Below the pieces are notes generated by a model. That model worked only from the letters and a program-made list of their open reading frames with translations. It did not search any database and was not told where the DNA came from. Source: Escherichia coli (GTDB taxonomy: Bacteria > Pseudomonadota > Gammaproteobacteria > Enterobacterales > Enterobacteriaceae). Taken from it: a stretch of 64,000 nucleotides of DNA. Both the position numbers and the translations under genes were made by a program. The stretch is taken from NCBI RefSeq assembly GCF_036507355.1, contig NZ_AP027877.1; one strand, given 5' to 3'. Below, one piece after another: positions 1 through 9,376 of the stretch (positions within the stretch are counted from its first letter, which is position 1; every line of letters begins with the position of its first letter).

Positions 1-459
1 GTACTGACCGCTGAACAAGCCCTGAAATTAGTGGGTGAGATGTTTGTTTATCACATGCCATTTAACCGCGCATTGGGGATGGAACTGGAGCGTTACGAAA
101 AAGAGTTCGCACAGCTGGCCTTTAAAAATCAGCCAATGATGGTGGGCAACTGGGCGCAAAGCATTTTGCACGGCGGGGTCATTGCGTCGGCGCTGGATGT
201 CGCCGCCGGTCTGGTGTGCGTGGGAAGTACCTTAACCCGCCACGAAACCATCAGTGAAGATGAACTACGCCAGCGGCTATCGCGGATGGGGACCATTGAT
301 CTTCGCGTTGATTATCTGCGCCCAGGCAGGGGCGAGCGTTTTACTGCAACCAGTAGCCTGTTGCGTGCAGGCAATAAAGTCGCCGTCGCCCGCGTTGAAT
401 TACACAATGAAGAACAGCTTTATATTGCCAGTGCCACCGCCACCTATATGGTAGGTTGA
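1..459 (+). CDS. yigI: PaaI-type acyl-CoA thioesterase YigI; 5' end cut by window start (frame open back to nt 1)
   Basis: ORF 31..459 translation matches remembered YigI; no stop in frame between nt 1 and 31; synteny with rarD. Confidence 0.8.
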   Translation, partial: VLTAEQALKLVGEMFVYHMPFNRALGMELERYEKEFAQLAFKNQPMMVGNWAQSILHGGVIASALDVAAGLVCVGSTLTRHETISEDELRQRLSRMGTIDLRVDYLRPGRGERFTATSSLLRAGNKVAVARVELHNEEQLYIASATATYMVG

Positions 460-510
460 AGACATAAAAGCAGGTAAACTGCTGTTACCAATTAAAAATG
501 AGTATTCCCG

Positions 511-1401
511 ATGGATGCAAAACAAACGCGGCAGGGCGTATTACTCGCTCTTGCCGCTTATTTTATTTGGGGTATAGCCCCAGCGTACTTCAAGTTGATT
601 TACTACGTGCCCGCCGATGAAATCCTGACGCATCGCGTGATCTGGTCGTTTTTCTTTATGGTGGTGCTGATGAGCATTTGCCGCCAGTGGTCCTATTTAA
701 AAACGCTGATTCAGACGCCACAGAAAATTTTTATGCTTGCAGTCTCTGCCGTGCTGATTGGTGGCAACTGGCTACTGTTTATCTGGGCGGTGAACAATCA
801 CCATATGCTGGAAGCGAGCCTTGGTTACTTTATTAACCCGCTGGTGAACATTGTGCTGGGGATGATTTTCCTCGGCGAGCGATTCCGCCGGATGCAATGG
901 CTGGCGGTGATTCTGGCGATATGTGGCGTGTTGGTTCAGCTGTGGACTTTTGGTTCACTGCCGATCATCGCGCTGGGACTGGCATTTAGTTTTGCCTTCT
1001 ACGGTCTGGTACGCAAGAAGATTGCCGTTGAAGCGCAAACCGGCATGTTAATCGAAACTATGTGGCTGCTGCCCGTGGCGGCAATTTACCTGTTTGCTAT
1101 TGCCGATAGCTCAACCAGCCATATGGGGCAAAACCCGATATCGCTGAATTTACTGCTGATCGCTGCCGGTATTGTCACTACCGTACCGCTGTTGTGTTTT
1201 ACTGCAGCTGCGACACGCCTGCGTCTCTCAACGTTAGGCTTTTTCCAGTACATTGGCCCGACGCTGATGTTCCTGCTGGCTGTGACGTTTTATGGTGAAA
1301 AACCGGGTGCCGATAAAATGGTGACTTTCGCCTTTATTTGGGTGGCGCTGGCAATTTTTGTGATGGATGCAATTTATACTCAACGTAGAACGTCCAAATA
1401 A
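511..1401 (+). CDS. rarD: RarD, EamA/DMT-family transporter
   Basis: 296-aa polytopic membrane ORF, expected length and synteny. Confidence 0.9.
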   Translation: MDAKQTRQGVLLALAAYFIWGIAPAYFKLIYYVPADEILTHRVIWSFFFMVVLMSICRQWSYLKTLIQTPQKIFMLAVSAVLIGGNWLLFIWAVNNHHMLEASLGYFINPLVNIVLGMIFLGERFRRMQWLAVILAICGVLVQLWTFGSLPIIALGLAFSFAFYGLVRKKIAVEAQTGMLIETMWLLPVAAIYLFAIADSSTSHMGQNPISLNLLLIAAGIVTTVPLLCFTAAATRLRLSTLGFFQYIGPTLMFLLAVTFYGEKPGADKMVTFAFIWVALAIFVMDAIYTQRRTSK

Positions 1402-1435
1402 AAAATAAATATATTCTGAAAAAATATGCCGACTC

Positions 1436-1813
1436 TTGCATGAGAGTGGGCATATTGCCATGCTGACAGGAGACTCACACAAGGATGTAAAATTTATGTT
1501 ACGTATGTTTATCCCAACATCTAACGGTAAGATTTCCAGACGCCGTTATATATTTTCATTTATTTTAATAAACTTCATTTTTGCCTTTCTTATTATCTTT
1601 TTTAACGATGGAGAAGCAGGTTTTCTTGTTATAGTCTCTACCATCTTACTCCATTATCTCGTCATCAATCTGAATTGCCAACGACTCCGTGATAGTGGTT
1701 TCGTCTATATAAAAACTTATGTTTTTGGTACATTAGCAGTATATATCATCTCTATCATCACAATGATAGCCGAAGATTTTGCCTGTTCAGGCAATGGTTC
1801 GATGATTTTTTAA
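1436..1813 (+). CDS. yigG: small inner-membrane protein, YigG-like
   Basis: 125-aa hydrophobic ORF in the expected position between rarD and yigF; start codon uncertain. Confidence 0.55.
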
Positions 1814-1888
1814 TTTGTTATTTTTCCACTTTCAGTATGCTAATGCTTGCACCTACTGATTCATCAAAACAATAGTTATGGAGTATTT

Positions 1889-2269
1889 ATGAGTAAGGAA
1901 TATATGAACGATGGTTCATTAAGTGAAAAATGGAAATACCGATTTAATTTTTATGATCAACATGGTTTTCCTGGATTCTGGGGGGCAACACCAGAATATA
2001 AAGCAGCATTTAAAGCATTAAAAGTAAGACAACGCTTAACTATTCAAATGAATTTCATTGCTTTCTTCTGTTCCTAGATATATTTATTTGTCCTGGGGTT
2101 ATGGAAAAAAGCAATTATAGTTCTATTACTTGGTATTCTATCTCTATTTGTTGGTGCACTAATTGGCGTTAACATTCTGGGTATTGCCGTAGCAGCCTAT
2201 GTTGCTGTTAACACGAACAAATGGTTCTATGAGAAAGAAGTAAAAGGGTTAAATACCTGGAGCCTTTGA
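1889..2269 (+). pseudogene. yigF: yigF (DUF2628 membrane protein) interrupted by in-frame TAG at 2075-2077
   Basis: Frame from MSKEY (1889) stops at TAG 2075-2077, then stays open in the same frame for 63 more codons to TGA 2267-2269; 62+1+63 = 126 codons, the length I recall for intact YigF. Confidence 0.6.
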
Positions 2270-2275
2270 ATAAGA

Positions 2276-2310
2276 GGTGGCTTAGCCAGGCTAAGCCACC
2301 GCCTTCTTTT
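2276..2310. terminator. hairpin (GGTGGCTTAGCC/GGCTAAGCCACC) plus T-run between convergent yigF and corA 3' remnant
   Basis: perfect inverted repeat followed by CTTCTTTTT on the + strand. Confidence 0.5.
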
Positions 2311-2446
2311 TACAACCAGTTCTTGCGCTTAAAGTACAGATACGGTGCCAGGCCCGCGAGGATCATAAAGATAATCGCGCCTGGGTAGCCGAAACTCCAC
2401 TTCAGTTCTGGCATAAACTCAAAGTTCATGCCATAGCTGGAGGCAA
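2310..2446 (-). pseudogene. detached corA 3'-terminal remnant (last 44 codons incl. GMN motif); left copy of a 137-bp imperfect direct repeat
   Basis: ORF 2310..2513 ends ...[44 protein letters not shown], identical in amino acids to the C-terminus of full corA at 4017..; upstream part of the ORF is unrelated or decayed. Confidence 0.7.
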
Positions 2447-2637
2447 TCCGCGTAGGAAAAAGTTTCCTAATCGGTAAATTCAACATATTGTTATTAACAA
2501 TGGGCAAAACCAATCAATAACGAGATTCCCTTCGGAATGTAATAAAAATGTGAAGTGTACTTCTTTTTTAAAATTTTTTATCCTAGCATTTGTTCTCAAA
2601 TTGATATTGAGCTTAAATATAACCAAGGAAAATGTAA

Positions 2638-3345
2638 ATGAATAACACATTACTTCCATCAATTAATATTCCCTGTACACTTTTCGAAACTATTAGTTTA
2701 TTTGATGATTATTCTGCTGATGATATGCAATATGGTGATATGGTAGAACAAGATTTTCTCTCACTCGGCCTAAGCGATATCTCAGCAAAAGTTGATCCTT
2801 ACAGACTTATTAAATACCATTTCCCTGGCCCAGGTTCTGTTAATGTTGTTTTTAGTGCCTCAAGTTCCGGAACAAAAATATCACAACGTGAATGCACTGA
2901 TATTTTATTTGCAGAAATGAAAGAACTAGCAAAAAATTTTTCCTTTTTTGGACAATATAAAACACTTATCGAAGATCTGATTGAACATTTTAGATATGGA
3001 AATGGCAGCAATTTTCATAGCCAACAATTAAATTTATCTTTTCATGAAAAGATAAATAAATATGGTTATAATAGTCCAATACGAATAATCAAAGAATGTA
3101 TCGAAAATGGCATTAATTCAACTCCCTCGACAGGATACCAACCTCTTATCCTGCAAAGCATTAAAACCAAATTACTTTCATCAAGACTAAATAAATTTAA
3201 TGACTTCGAGGACAGTTTTAATGGCTTAGGAATCAGTATTCATGATATTTCAGCTCAAAAAAATATCTCTTTTAAGCTTTCAAAAATACGCTATAGGGTG
3301 GAGTGCGACAATTCATTTTGTAGCACAGGACCACTTCGGTCTTGA
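2638..3345 (+). CDS. hypothetical protein, AT-rich cassette gene A; probably frameshifted, C-terminus may continue in +1 frame to 3487
   Basis: 235-aa ORF with AAGGA RBS ~8 nt upstream; ~30% GC; overlapping +1-frame ORF 3242..3487 ends in an ATGA overlap with gene B. Confidence 0.5.
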   Translation: MNNTLLPSINIPCTLFETISLFDDYSADDMQYGDMVEQDFLSLGLSDISAKVDPYRLIKYHFPGPGSVNVVFSASSSGTKISQRECTDILFAEMKELAKNFSFFGQYKTLIEDLIEHFRYGNGSNFHSQQLNLSFHEKINKYGYNSPIRIIKECIENGINSTPSTGYQPLILQSIKTKLLSSRLNKFNDFEDSFNGLGISIHDISAQKNISFKLSKIRYRVECDNSFCSTGPLRS

Positions 3346-3483
3346 TGTAACTGATATCAAAAACAAGACTTACAGCAAATATAGATTTTTTCGCATATGG
3401 TTCTTTTTACAACGGCATAAAGGCTTTGCTTTCAAACCTTTTTTCACCAATTTTAACACTATCGAAAGAATCGAAAATTATCT

Positions 3484-3975
3484 ATGAAAAGCAAACGCCA
3501 GAAAATTATATTATGTTTATTTCTTCTATGCTGTATCTATAATTTATGGACATTGCGTCCTGTACAGATTTTGTATACATACTCTGATGCTGGCAATTCA
3601 GTCTTTCTGGTCGTTGATCATCTGCCATGGACTGACAGCGATAAAATAAATTGGTATCTGAAGCATCAGAATGAAATTAAAAATCAACATCCCCTACCAG
3701 AAGGTAGTTGGCATACCTGGTATGTCATTGATATCGGTAATGGCTTCACTGACTATAAAAAATATATCGAAGGGCCGTATGAAGATCTCTACTGTTTCCC
3801 GACAATTAAGAGCAATGATAATTGCATCGTGAAAAATTACTTAATGGTTATTAATGAATACCCTTATCGTAACACTCATATTGGTATTAACGATTTTACT
3901 GAGTATCAATTAACACAAGAAAATAAAATAGAGCGAGTTTTCAATCCGCATGACTTTAAAAAAGACAATTTTTAG
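3484..3975 (+). CDS. small protein with N-terminal hydrophobic anchor/signal, cassette gene B
   Basis: 163-aa ORF, N-terminus KIILCLFLLCCIYNLW is hydrophobic; start overlaps upstream frame by ATGA; AT-rich. Confidence 0.55.
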   Translation: MKSKRQKIILCLFLLCCIYNLWTLRPVQILYTYSDAGNSVFLVVDHLPWTDSDKINWYLKHQNEIKNQHPLPEGSWHTWYVIDIGNGFTDYKKYIEGPYEDLYCFPTIKSNDNCIVKNYLMVINEYPYRNTHIGINDFTEYQLTQENKIERVFNPHDFKKDNF

Positions 3976-3980
3976 AAATA

Positions 3981-4010
3981 AGCCGGATAAAAAAATAGCT
4001 TTATCCGGCA
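3981..4010. repeat. REP-like palindromic hairpin (GCCGGATAAA...TTTATCCGGC) between cassette gene B and corA stop
   Basis: 10-bp inverted repeat seen directly; motif resembles E. coli REP units. Confidence 0.4.
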
Positions 4011-4016
4011 CTCATA

Positions 4017-4967
4017 TTACAACCAGTTCTTCCGCTTAAAGTACAGATACGGTGCCAGGCCCGCGAGGATCATAAAGATAATCGCGCCTGGGTAGCCGAA
4101 ACTCCACTTCAGTTCTGGCATAAACTCAAAGTTCATCCCGTAGCTGGAAGCAACCAGCGTTGGCGGCAGGAACACGACGGATACCACCGAGAAAATTTTG
4201 ATGATGCGGTTCTGCTCGATGTTGATAAAACCCATTGCCGCCTGCATCAGGAAGTTCACCTTCTGGAACAGGGATTCGTTATGCGGCAGCAGGGATTCGA
4301 TATCTCGCAGGATTTCACGCGCCTGCTCCAGTTGCCCACCCGGTAAGCGTGCTTTACGTACCAGGAAGTTGAGAGCGCGCTGGGTATCCATCAGACACAG
4401 GCGAACTTTCCAGCCGATATCTTCCAGTTCCGCCAGAGTGGAGAGCGCCTCGTCGTACTCATCGCCCTGATGCCCTTCCATAATCACCCGGCTCAATTGC
4501 TCCAGGTCGCTATAGATATTTTCAATTTCATCTGCCAACTGTTCGATTTTGGTTTCGAACAAATCCAGCAGCAACTCGTAGGCGTTACCGTCTACCATCG
4601 ACTGGCTACGGGCACGCATACGATATAGACGAAAAGCGGGCAGTTCACGCTCACGCAGAGTAAACAGACGACCATCACGGATGGTAAATGCCACAGTGGA
4701 GTTACCGGCGTGATCTTCCGCATCTTCAAAGAAGAAGAAGGAGTGAATATGCAGGCCGTCATCGTCTTCAAAGAAACGTGCCGATGCTTCGATGTCTTCC
4801 AGTTCCGGGCGGGTTGCCAGGCTCTGGCCAAGTTCAGATTGTACGCGCAGTCGCTCGTCGTCGTCCGGTTCGACAAGATCAATCCATACTGCATTTACAA
4901 GGGGTTGTGACTCTTCGACTTCCAGCCGGGTCAGTCGGTTATTTTCCAGTTGAAATGCGCTCAGCAT
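4017..4967 (-). CDS. corA: Mg2+/Co2+ transporter CorA
   Basis: ORF 4017..4982; native start [10 protein letters not shown] gives 316 aa; GMN motif and two C-terminal TM segments present. Confidence 0.95.
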   Translation of the reverse strand: MLSAFQLENNRLTRLEVEESQPLVNAVWIDLVEPDDDERLRVQSELGQSLATRPELEDIEASARFFEDDDGLHIHSFFFFEDAEDHAGNSTVAFTIRDGRLFTLRERELPAFRLYRMRARSQSMVDGNAYELLLDLFETKIEQLADEIENIYSDLEQLSRVIMEGHQGDEYDEALSTLAELEDIGWKVRLCLMDTQRALNFLVRKARLPGGQLEQAREILRDIESLLPHNESLFQKVNFLMQAAMGFINIEQNRIIKIFSVVSVVFLPPTLVASSYGMNFEFMPELKWSFGYPGAIIFMILAGLAPYLYFKRKNWL

Positions 4968-5336
4968 GACCGGGACTCCCAATGCTTAAAATATCGGACA
5001 GTTCGGTGGGCACACAGAAACAAATTGGGTTTCAGACCATTAAACAGCCTGACTCAGCGCGACGGGAAAAATTGAGGTCGCTGACAACCGCTAAGGCTAT
5101 CAGCAAAAAGGGATAGCCTTAGGAGTTGATCCTGGATGACAGGATAGTGAGCCAGTATCTACTGGGTGTGTCCAAGGCGAATGTCCTCTTAGAGTGATCG
5201 TGCGCGCATGTTACGCCAGCAAAATTTTGCCGTCAACACGCAACAGAACACCACAGAACAATAGTTGAACTTCGCGCTTTTTGGTACTCGTCAAGGTCGC
5301 TAACAGGATAAAAAAATCCCACATCCAGGACCTATA

Positions 5337-6101
5337 ATGGCGCATCGGCTACTCATTGGTAAAGGAATGATCACCTTGAATCTCAAACGGATTTTTCTCG
5401 CCCTCACCTTACTTCCCTTGTTTGTTGTTGCCGCTGATGATTGCGCACTCTCAGATCCGACGCTGACCGTACAGGCGTATACCGTTAATCCTCAAACAGA
5501 GCGGGTGAAAATGTACTGGCAAAAAGCCAATGGCGAAGCGTGGGGAACTTTACATGCTCTGCTGGCGGATATGAATAGTCAGGGTCAGGTGCAGATGGCG
5601 ATGAACGGCGGCATCTATGATGAAAGCTATACGCCGCTCGGTTTGTACATCGAAAACGGTCAGCAGAAGGTGGCGTTAAATCTCGCTTCAGGTGAAGGGA
5701 ATTTCTTTATCCGTCCTGGCGGCGTGTTTTATGTCGCGGGAGATAAAGTCGGCATCGTTCGTCTGGATGCCTTCAAAACCAGTAAAGAGATTCAGTTTGC
5801 GGTGCAGTCAGGGCCAATGTTGATGGAAAACAGTGTAATTAATCCGCGTATTCATCCCAACGTCGCCTCACGTAAAATTCGTAACGGTGTTGGGATTAAT
5901 AAACATGGGAATGCCGTGTTTTTGTTGAGCCAGCAGGCGACAAATTTTTATGATTTTGCCTGTTATGCCAAAGCGAAACTGAACGTTGAGCAGCTGCTTT
6001 ATCTTGATGGCACGATTTCACATATGTATATGAAAGGCGGGGCAATCCCGTGGCAACGCTATCCTTTTGTCACCATGATTTCCGTCGAGCGGAAAGGTTA
6101 A
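5337..6101 (+). CDS. yigE: DUF2233-family protein YigE
   Basis: 254-aa ORF with signal-like N-terminus; expected position between corA and uvrD. Confidence 0.8.
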   Translation: MAHRLLIGKGMITLNLKRIFLALTLLPLFVVAADDCALSDPTLTVQAYTVNPQTERVKMYWQKANGEAWGTLHALLADMNSQGQVQMAMNGGIYDESYTPLGLYIENGQQKVALNLASGEGNFFIRPGGVFYVAGDKVGIVRLDAFKTSKEIQFAVQSGPMLMENSVINPRIHPNVASRKIRNGVGINKHGNAVFLLSQQATNFYDFACYAKAKLNVEQLLYLDGTISHMYMKGGAIPWQRYPFVTMISVERKG

Positions 6102-6183
6102 GCATTGTACACTCGAGGAGGCCAGACAAACTGGGGCTGGCTACACAGCTGGAAAATCATCAGATAAATGAAGGGAAACAAAA

Positions 6184-7086
6184 ATGAAAAAAACGCTCGC
6201 AACGTTATTTTTATTAACGTGTCTGGGATCATCATCCGCTTATGCGGATAACGCTTTGATTTTACAAACGGATTTTAGCCTGAAAGATGGCGCCGTCTCG
6301 GCGATGAAAGGGGTCGCATTCGGTGTTGACCATAATCTTAAAATATTTGATTTAACACACGAAATTCCACCGTATAACATCTGGGAAGGCGCATACCGCC
6401 TGTATCAGACCGCCAGCTACTGGCCGCAAGGTTCGGTGTTTGTCAGCGTGGTCGATCCGGGCGTGGGGACTGACCGTAAATCGGTGGTGCTGAAAACCAA
6501 AAACGGTCAATACTTCGTTTCACCGGATAACGGTACGCTCACTTTGGTGGCGCAATCGCTGGGTATTGAGAGCGTCCGGCAAATCGATGAAAAAACCAAC
6601 CGCCTGAACGGTTCCGAAAAGTCATATACCTTCCACGGTCGTGATGTGTATGCCTACACCGGTGCGCGTCTGGCTTCCGGGGCGATCACGTTCGAACAGG
6701 TGGGGCCAGAGCTTCCTGCAAAAGTTGTCGAACTGCCTTATCAGAAAGCCAAAGCAACAAAAGGTGAAGTAAAGGGCAATATCCCGATTCTCGATATTCA
6801 GTACGGCAACGTCTGGAGCAATATCAGCGACGAGTTGCTGAATCAGGCAGGAATCAAACTCAACGATACGTTATGTGTGACCATTTCCGAAGGTTCCGAG
6901 AAAAAATACGAAGGGAAAATGCCGTATGTCGCCAGCTTCGGCGATGTGCCGGAAGGACAGCCGATGGTGTATCTGAACAGCTTATTGAATGTTTCCGTGG
7001 CGCTGAATATGGATAATTTCGCGCAGAAACATCAGGTTGCGTCTGGTGCTGACTGGAATATTGATGTGAAGAAATGTGATAAGTAA
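6184..7086 (+). CDS. secreted S-adenosyl-L-methionine hydroxide adenosyltransferase family protein (DUF62 / fluorinase-chlorinase-like fold)
   Basis: 300-aa ORF; N-terminal signal peptide MKKTLATLFLLTCLGSSSAYA; family-typical motifs ILQTDFS..DGAVSAMKGV and DLTHEIPPYN. Confidence 0.7.
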   Translation: MKKTLATLFLLTCLGSSSAYADNALILQTDFSLKDGAVSAMKGVAFGVDHNLKIFDLTHEIPPYNIWEGAYRLYQTASYWPQGSVFVSVVDPGVGTDRKSVVLKTKNGQYFVSPDNGTLTLVAQSLGIESVRQIDEKTNRLNGSEKSYTFHGRDVYAYTGARLASGAITFEQVGPELPAKVVELPYQKAKATKGEVKGNIPILDIQYGNVWSNISDELLNQAGIKLNDTLCVTISEGSEKKYEGKMPYVASFGDVPEGQPMVYLNSLLNVSVALNMDNFAQKHQVASGADWNIDVKKCDK

Positions 7087-7130
7087 GGTGCTGATGCCGG
7101 ATGCGGTGTGGCGCACCGCATCCCGCAACG

Positions 7131-9293
7131 TTATACCGTCTCCAGCCGGGCGTATGCCGCCACCAGCCATTTAATACCCTGGCCCTGGAATGCCACCTGC
7201 AAACGGCTATGCTCGCCGCTGCCTTCCATATTGACGATAGTGCCTTCACCAAACTTAGCGTGGCGTACACGCTGGCCGAGCTTGTAGCCGCTGTCGTTCT
7301 CGACCATCGGCGTACCCATACGCTGATGGCTGACCGGGCGGCTTACCGTGGCGCGCAGGCGCACCTCTTCCACACACTCTTCCGGCAACTCACCGATAAA
7401 GCGCGACGGGCGATGGTAAACCTCTTTGCCATACAGACGGCGAGTTTCCGCGTAGGTCAGCGTCAGTTTCTGCATCGCGCGGGTTACGCCAACGTAGGCC
7501 AGACGGCGTTCTTCTTCCAGACGACCGCCTTCATCCAGCGACATCTGGCTTGGGAACATGCCCTCTTCCATACCGACGATAAACACCTGCGGGAACTCCA
7601 GCCCTTTCGCCGAGTGTAGCGTCATCAACTGCACCGCGTCCTGCCAGGTATCCGCCTGCCCCTCGCCCGCTTCCAGCGCCGCATGGGAGAGGAATGCCTG
7701 CAGCGGCATTAAATCTTCGTCTTCTTCGTTGTAGCTGAACTGGCGCGTTGCCGTCACCAGTTCCTCCAGGTTTTCGATACGCGTCTGACCTTTTTCGCCC
7801 TTCTCCTGCTCGTACATGGTGCGCAGGCCGGAGTCTTTAATTACCCGGTCAGTCTGTACATGCAGCGGCATATCGGCAGTTTCCTGCGCTAAGGCGTCGA
7901 TCAGTTCCATAAACCGCTGTAAGGCGCTGGCAGCACGTCCGGCGAGGGCTTTTTCCTGCAACAGTTCACGACATGCCTGCCAGAGTGTTAACTGGCGATC
8001 GCGCGATGTCTGACGTACCACGTCCAGCGTCCGGTCACCAATACCCCGCGTTGGCGTATTCACCACACGCTCAAAGGCCGCGTCGTCGTTGCGGTTGGCA
8101 ATCAGGCGCAGATACGAGAGCGCATCTTTGATTTCCTGGCGTTCGAAGAAGCGCATCCCGCCGTAAATACGGTACGGCATACTGGCCTGCAATAACGCCT
8201 CTTCGAGCACCCGCGACTGGGCGTTGCTGCGGTAGAGAATGGCGCACTCGGCAAGCGCTCCGCCGTTGTCCTGCCAGGTTTTGATGCGGTTAACCACAAA
8301 ACGCGCTTCATCGAGTTCGTTAAAAGCGCAATAGAGGGAAATAGGCTCACCGTCCGCGCCATCGGTCCACAGTTTTTTACCCAGACGCCCGTTATTGTTT
8401 TCAATCAGGGCGTTAGCGGCGCTCAGAATATTGCTGGTAGAGCGGTAGTTTTGCTCCAGACGAATAGTTTCAGCACCGGGGAAATCATTGAGGAAACGCT
8501 GAATATTCTCTACCTGCGCCCCGCGCCAGCCGTAGATTGACTGGTCGTCATCACCGACGATCATCACTTTGCCGGTGTCGCCCGCCAGCAGGCGGATCCA
8601 CGCGTACTGAATGTTGTTGGTATCCTGGAATTCGTCCACCAGGATATTGGTAAAACGTTCGCGGTAGTGTTGCAGGATATGCGGCTTGTTAAGCCACAGT
8701 TCGTGGGCGCGCAGCAGCAGCTCGGCGAAATCCACCAGACCCGCGCGGTCACACGCTTCCTGATACGCCTGATACACCTTCTGCCAGGTCTGCTCCACCG
8801 GATTACCGTAGCTTTGAATATGATGCGGACGTAAGCCTTCATCTTTCTGGCTGTTGATGTACCACATTGCCTGGCGCGGCGGCCACTGCTTCTCGTCGAG
8901 GTTCATCGCCTTGATCAAACGCTTAAGCAGGCGCAGCTGGTCTTCACTGTCGAGGATCTGGAAATCCTGCGGCAGATTGGCGTCCATATGGTGCGCACGC
9001 AGCAGGCGGTGCGCCAGCCCGTGGAAGGTGCCTACCCACATGCCGCCCTGGCTGGTGCCCATCAGTTGCCCGATACGATGACGCATTTCCGCCGCCGCTT
9101 TGTTGGTAAACGTCATCGCCATAATCGAGTATGGCGAGCAGTTTTCCACGCTCATCAGCCAGGCGATACGATGCACCAGTACGCGCGTCTTACCACTGCC
9201 CGCGCCCGCCAGCACCAGAAGGTTGCTGCGTGGCGCGGCCACCGCTTCGCGCTGTTTGTCATTAAGGCTGTCGAGCAGGTAAGAAACGTCCAT
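7131..9293 (-). CDS. uvrD: DNA helicase II UvrD
   Basis: ORF 7131..9482 contains MDVSYLLDSLNDKQREAV start (ATG at 9293) and Walker A GAGSGKT; 720 aa. Confidence 0.95.
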   Translation of the reverse strand: MDVSYLLDSLNDKQREAVAAPRSNLLVLAGAGSGKTRVLVHRIAWLMSVENCSPYSIMAMTFTNKAAAEMRHRIGQLMGTSQGGMWVGTFHGLAHRLLRAHHMDANLPQDFQILDSEDQLRLLKRLIKAMNLDEKQWPPRQAMWYINSQKDEGLRPHHIQSYGNPVEQTWQKVYQAYQEACDRAGLVDFAELLLRAHELWLNKPHILQHYRERFTNILVDEFQDTNNIQYAWIRLLAGDTGKVMIVGDDDQSIYGWRGAQVENIQRFLNDFPGAETIRLEQNYRSTSNILSAANALIENNNGRLGKKLWTDGADGEPISLYCAFNELDEARFVVNRIKTWQDNGGALAECAILYRSNAQSRVLEEALLQASMPYRIYGGMRFFERQEIKDALSYLRLIANRNDDAAFERVVNTPTRGIGDRTLDVVRQTSRDRQLTLWQACRELLQEKALAGRAASALQRFMELIDALAQETADMPLHVQTDRVIKDSGLRTMYEQEKGEKGQTRIENLEELVTATRQFSYNEEDEDLMPLQAFLSHAALEAGEGQADTWQDAVQLMTLHSAKGLEFPQVFIVGMEEGMFPSQMSLDEGGRLEEERRLAYVGVTRAMQKLTLTYAETRRLYGKEVYHRPSRFIGELPEECVEEVRLRATVSRPVSHQRMGTPMVENDSGYKLGQRVRHAKFGEGTIVNMEGSGEHSRLQVAFQGQGIKWLVAAYARLETV

Positions 9294-9351
9294 TGGCACC
9301 GCCGCGTAAAAATAGGTTGGGCGGAGAAGCGCAACGCCCTCCGCCAAAAAG

Positions 9352-9367
9352 CTGGGTATATATACAG
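9352..9367 (-). promoter_or_regulatory. LexA (SOS) box upstream of uvrD
   Basis: minus strand reads CTGTATATATACCCAG, fitting CTGT-N8-ACAG with one mismatch; ~60 nt upstream of uvrD start. Confidence 0.6.
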
Positions 9368-9376
9368 ATTTGCTGA

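Noticed and set aside
254-454. 66-aa ORF in an alternative frame inside yigI, and similar nested ORFs throughout the ORF track
   Set aside because: Nested within longer ORFs that have clear homology-consistent translations; no independent start signals
5000-5336. Long untranslated interval between corA start and yigE as a possible inserted element
   Set aside because: No ORFs or repeats; consistent with the known long corA leader/promoter region and the divergent yigE promoter
9300-9345. GGCGGAG...CTCCGCC hairpin downstream of yigB as a rho-independent terminator
   Set aside because: The hairpin is real but lacks a following U-run in the yigB transcript direction; it more likely belongs to the uvrD promoter/leader context
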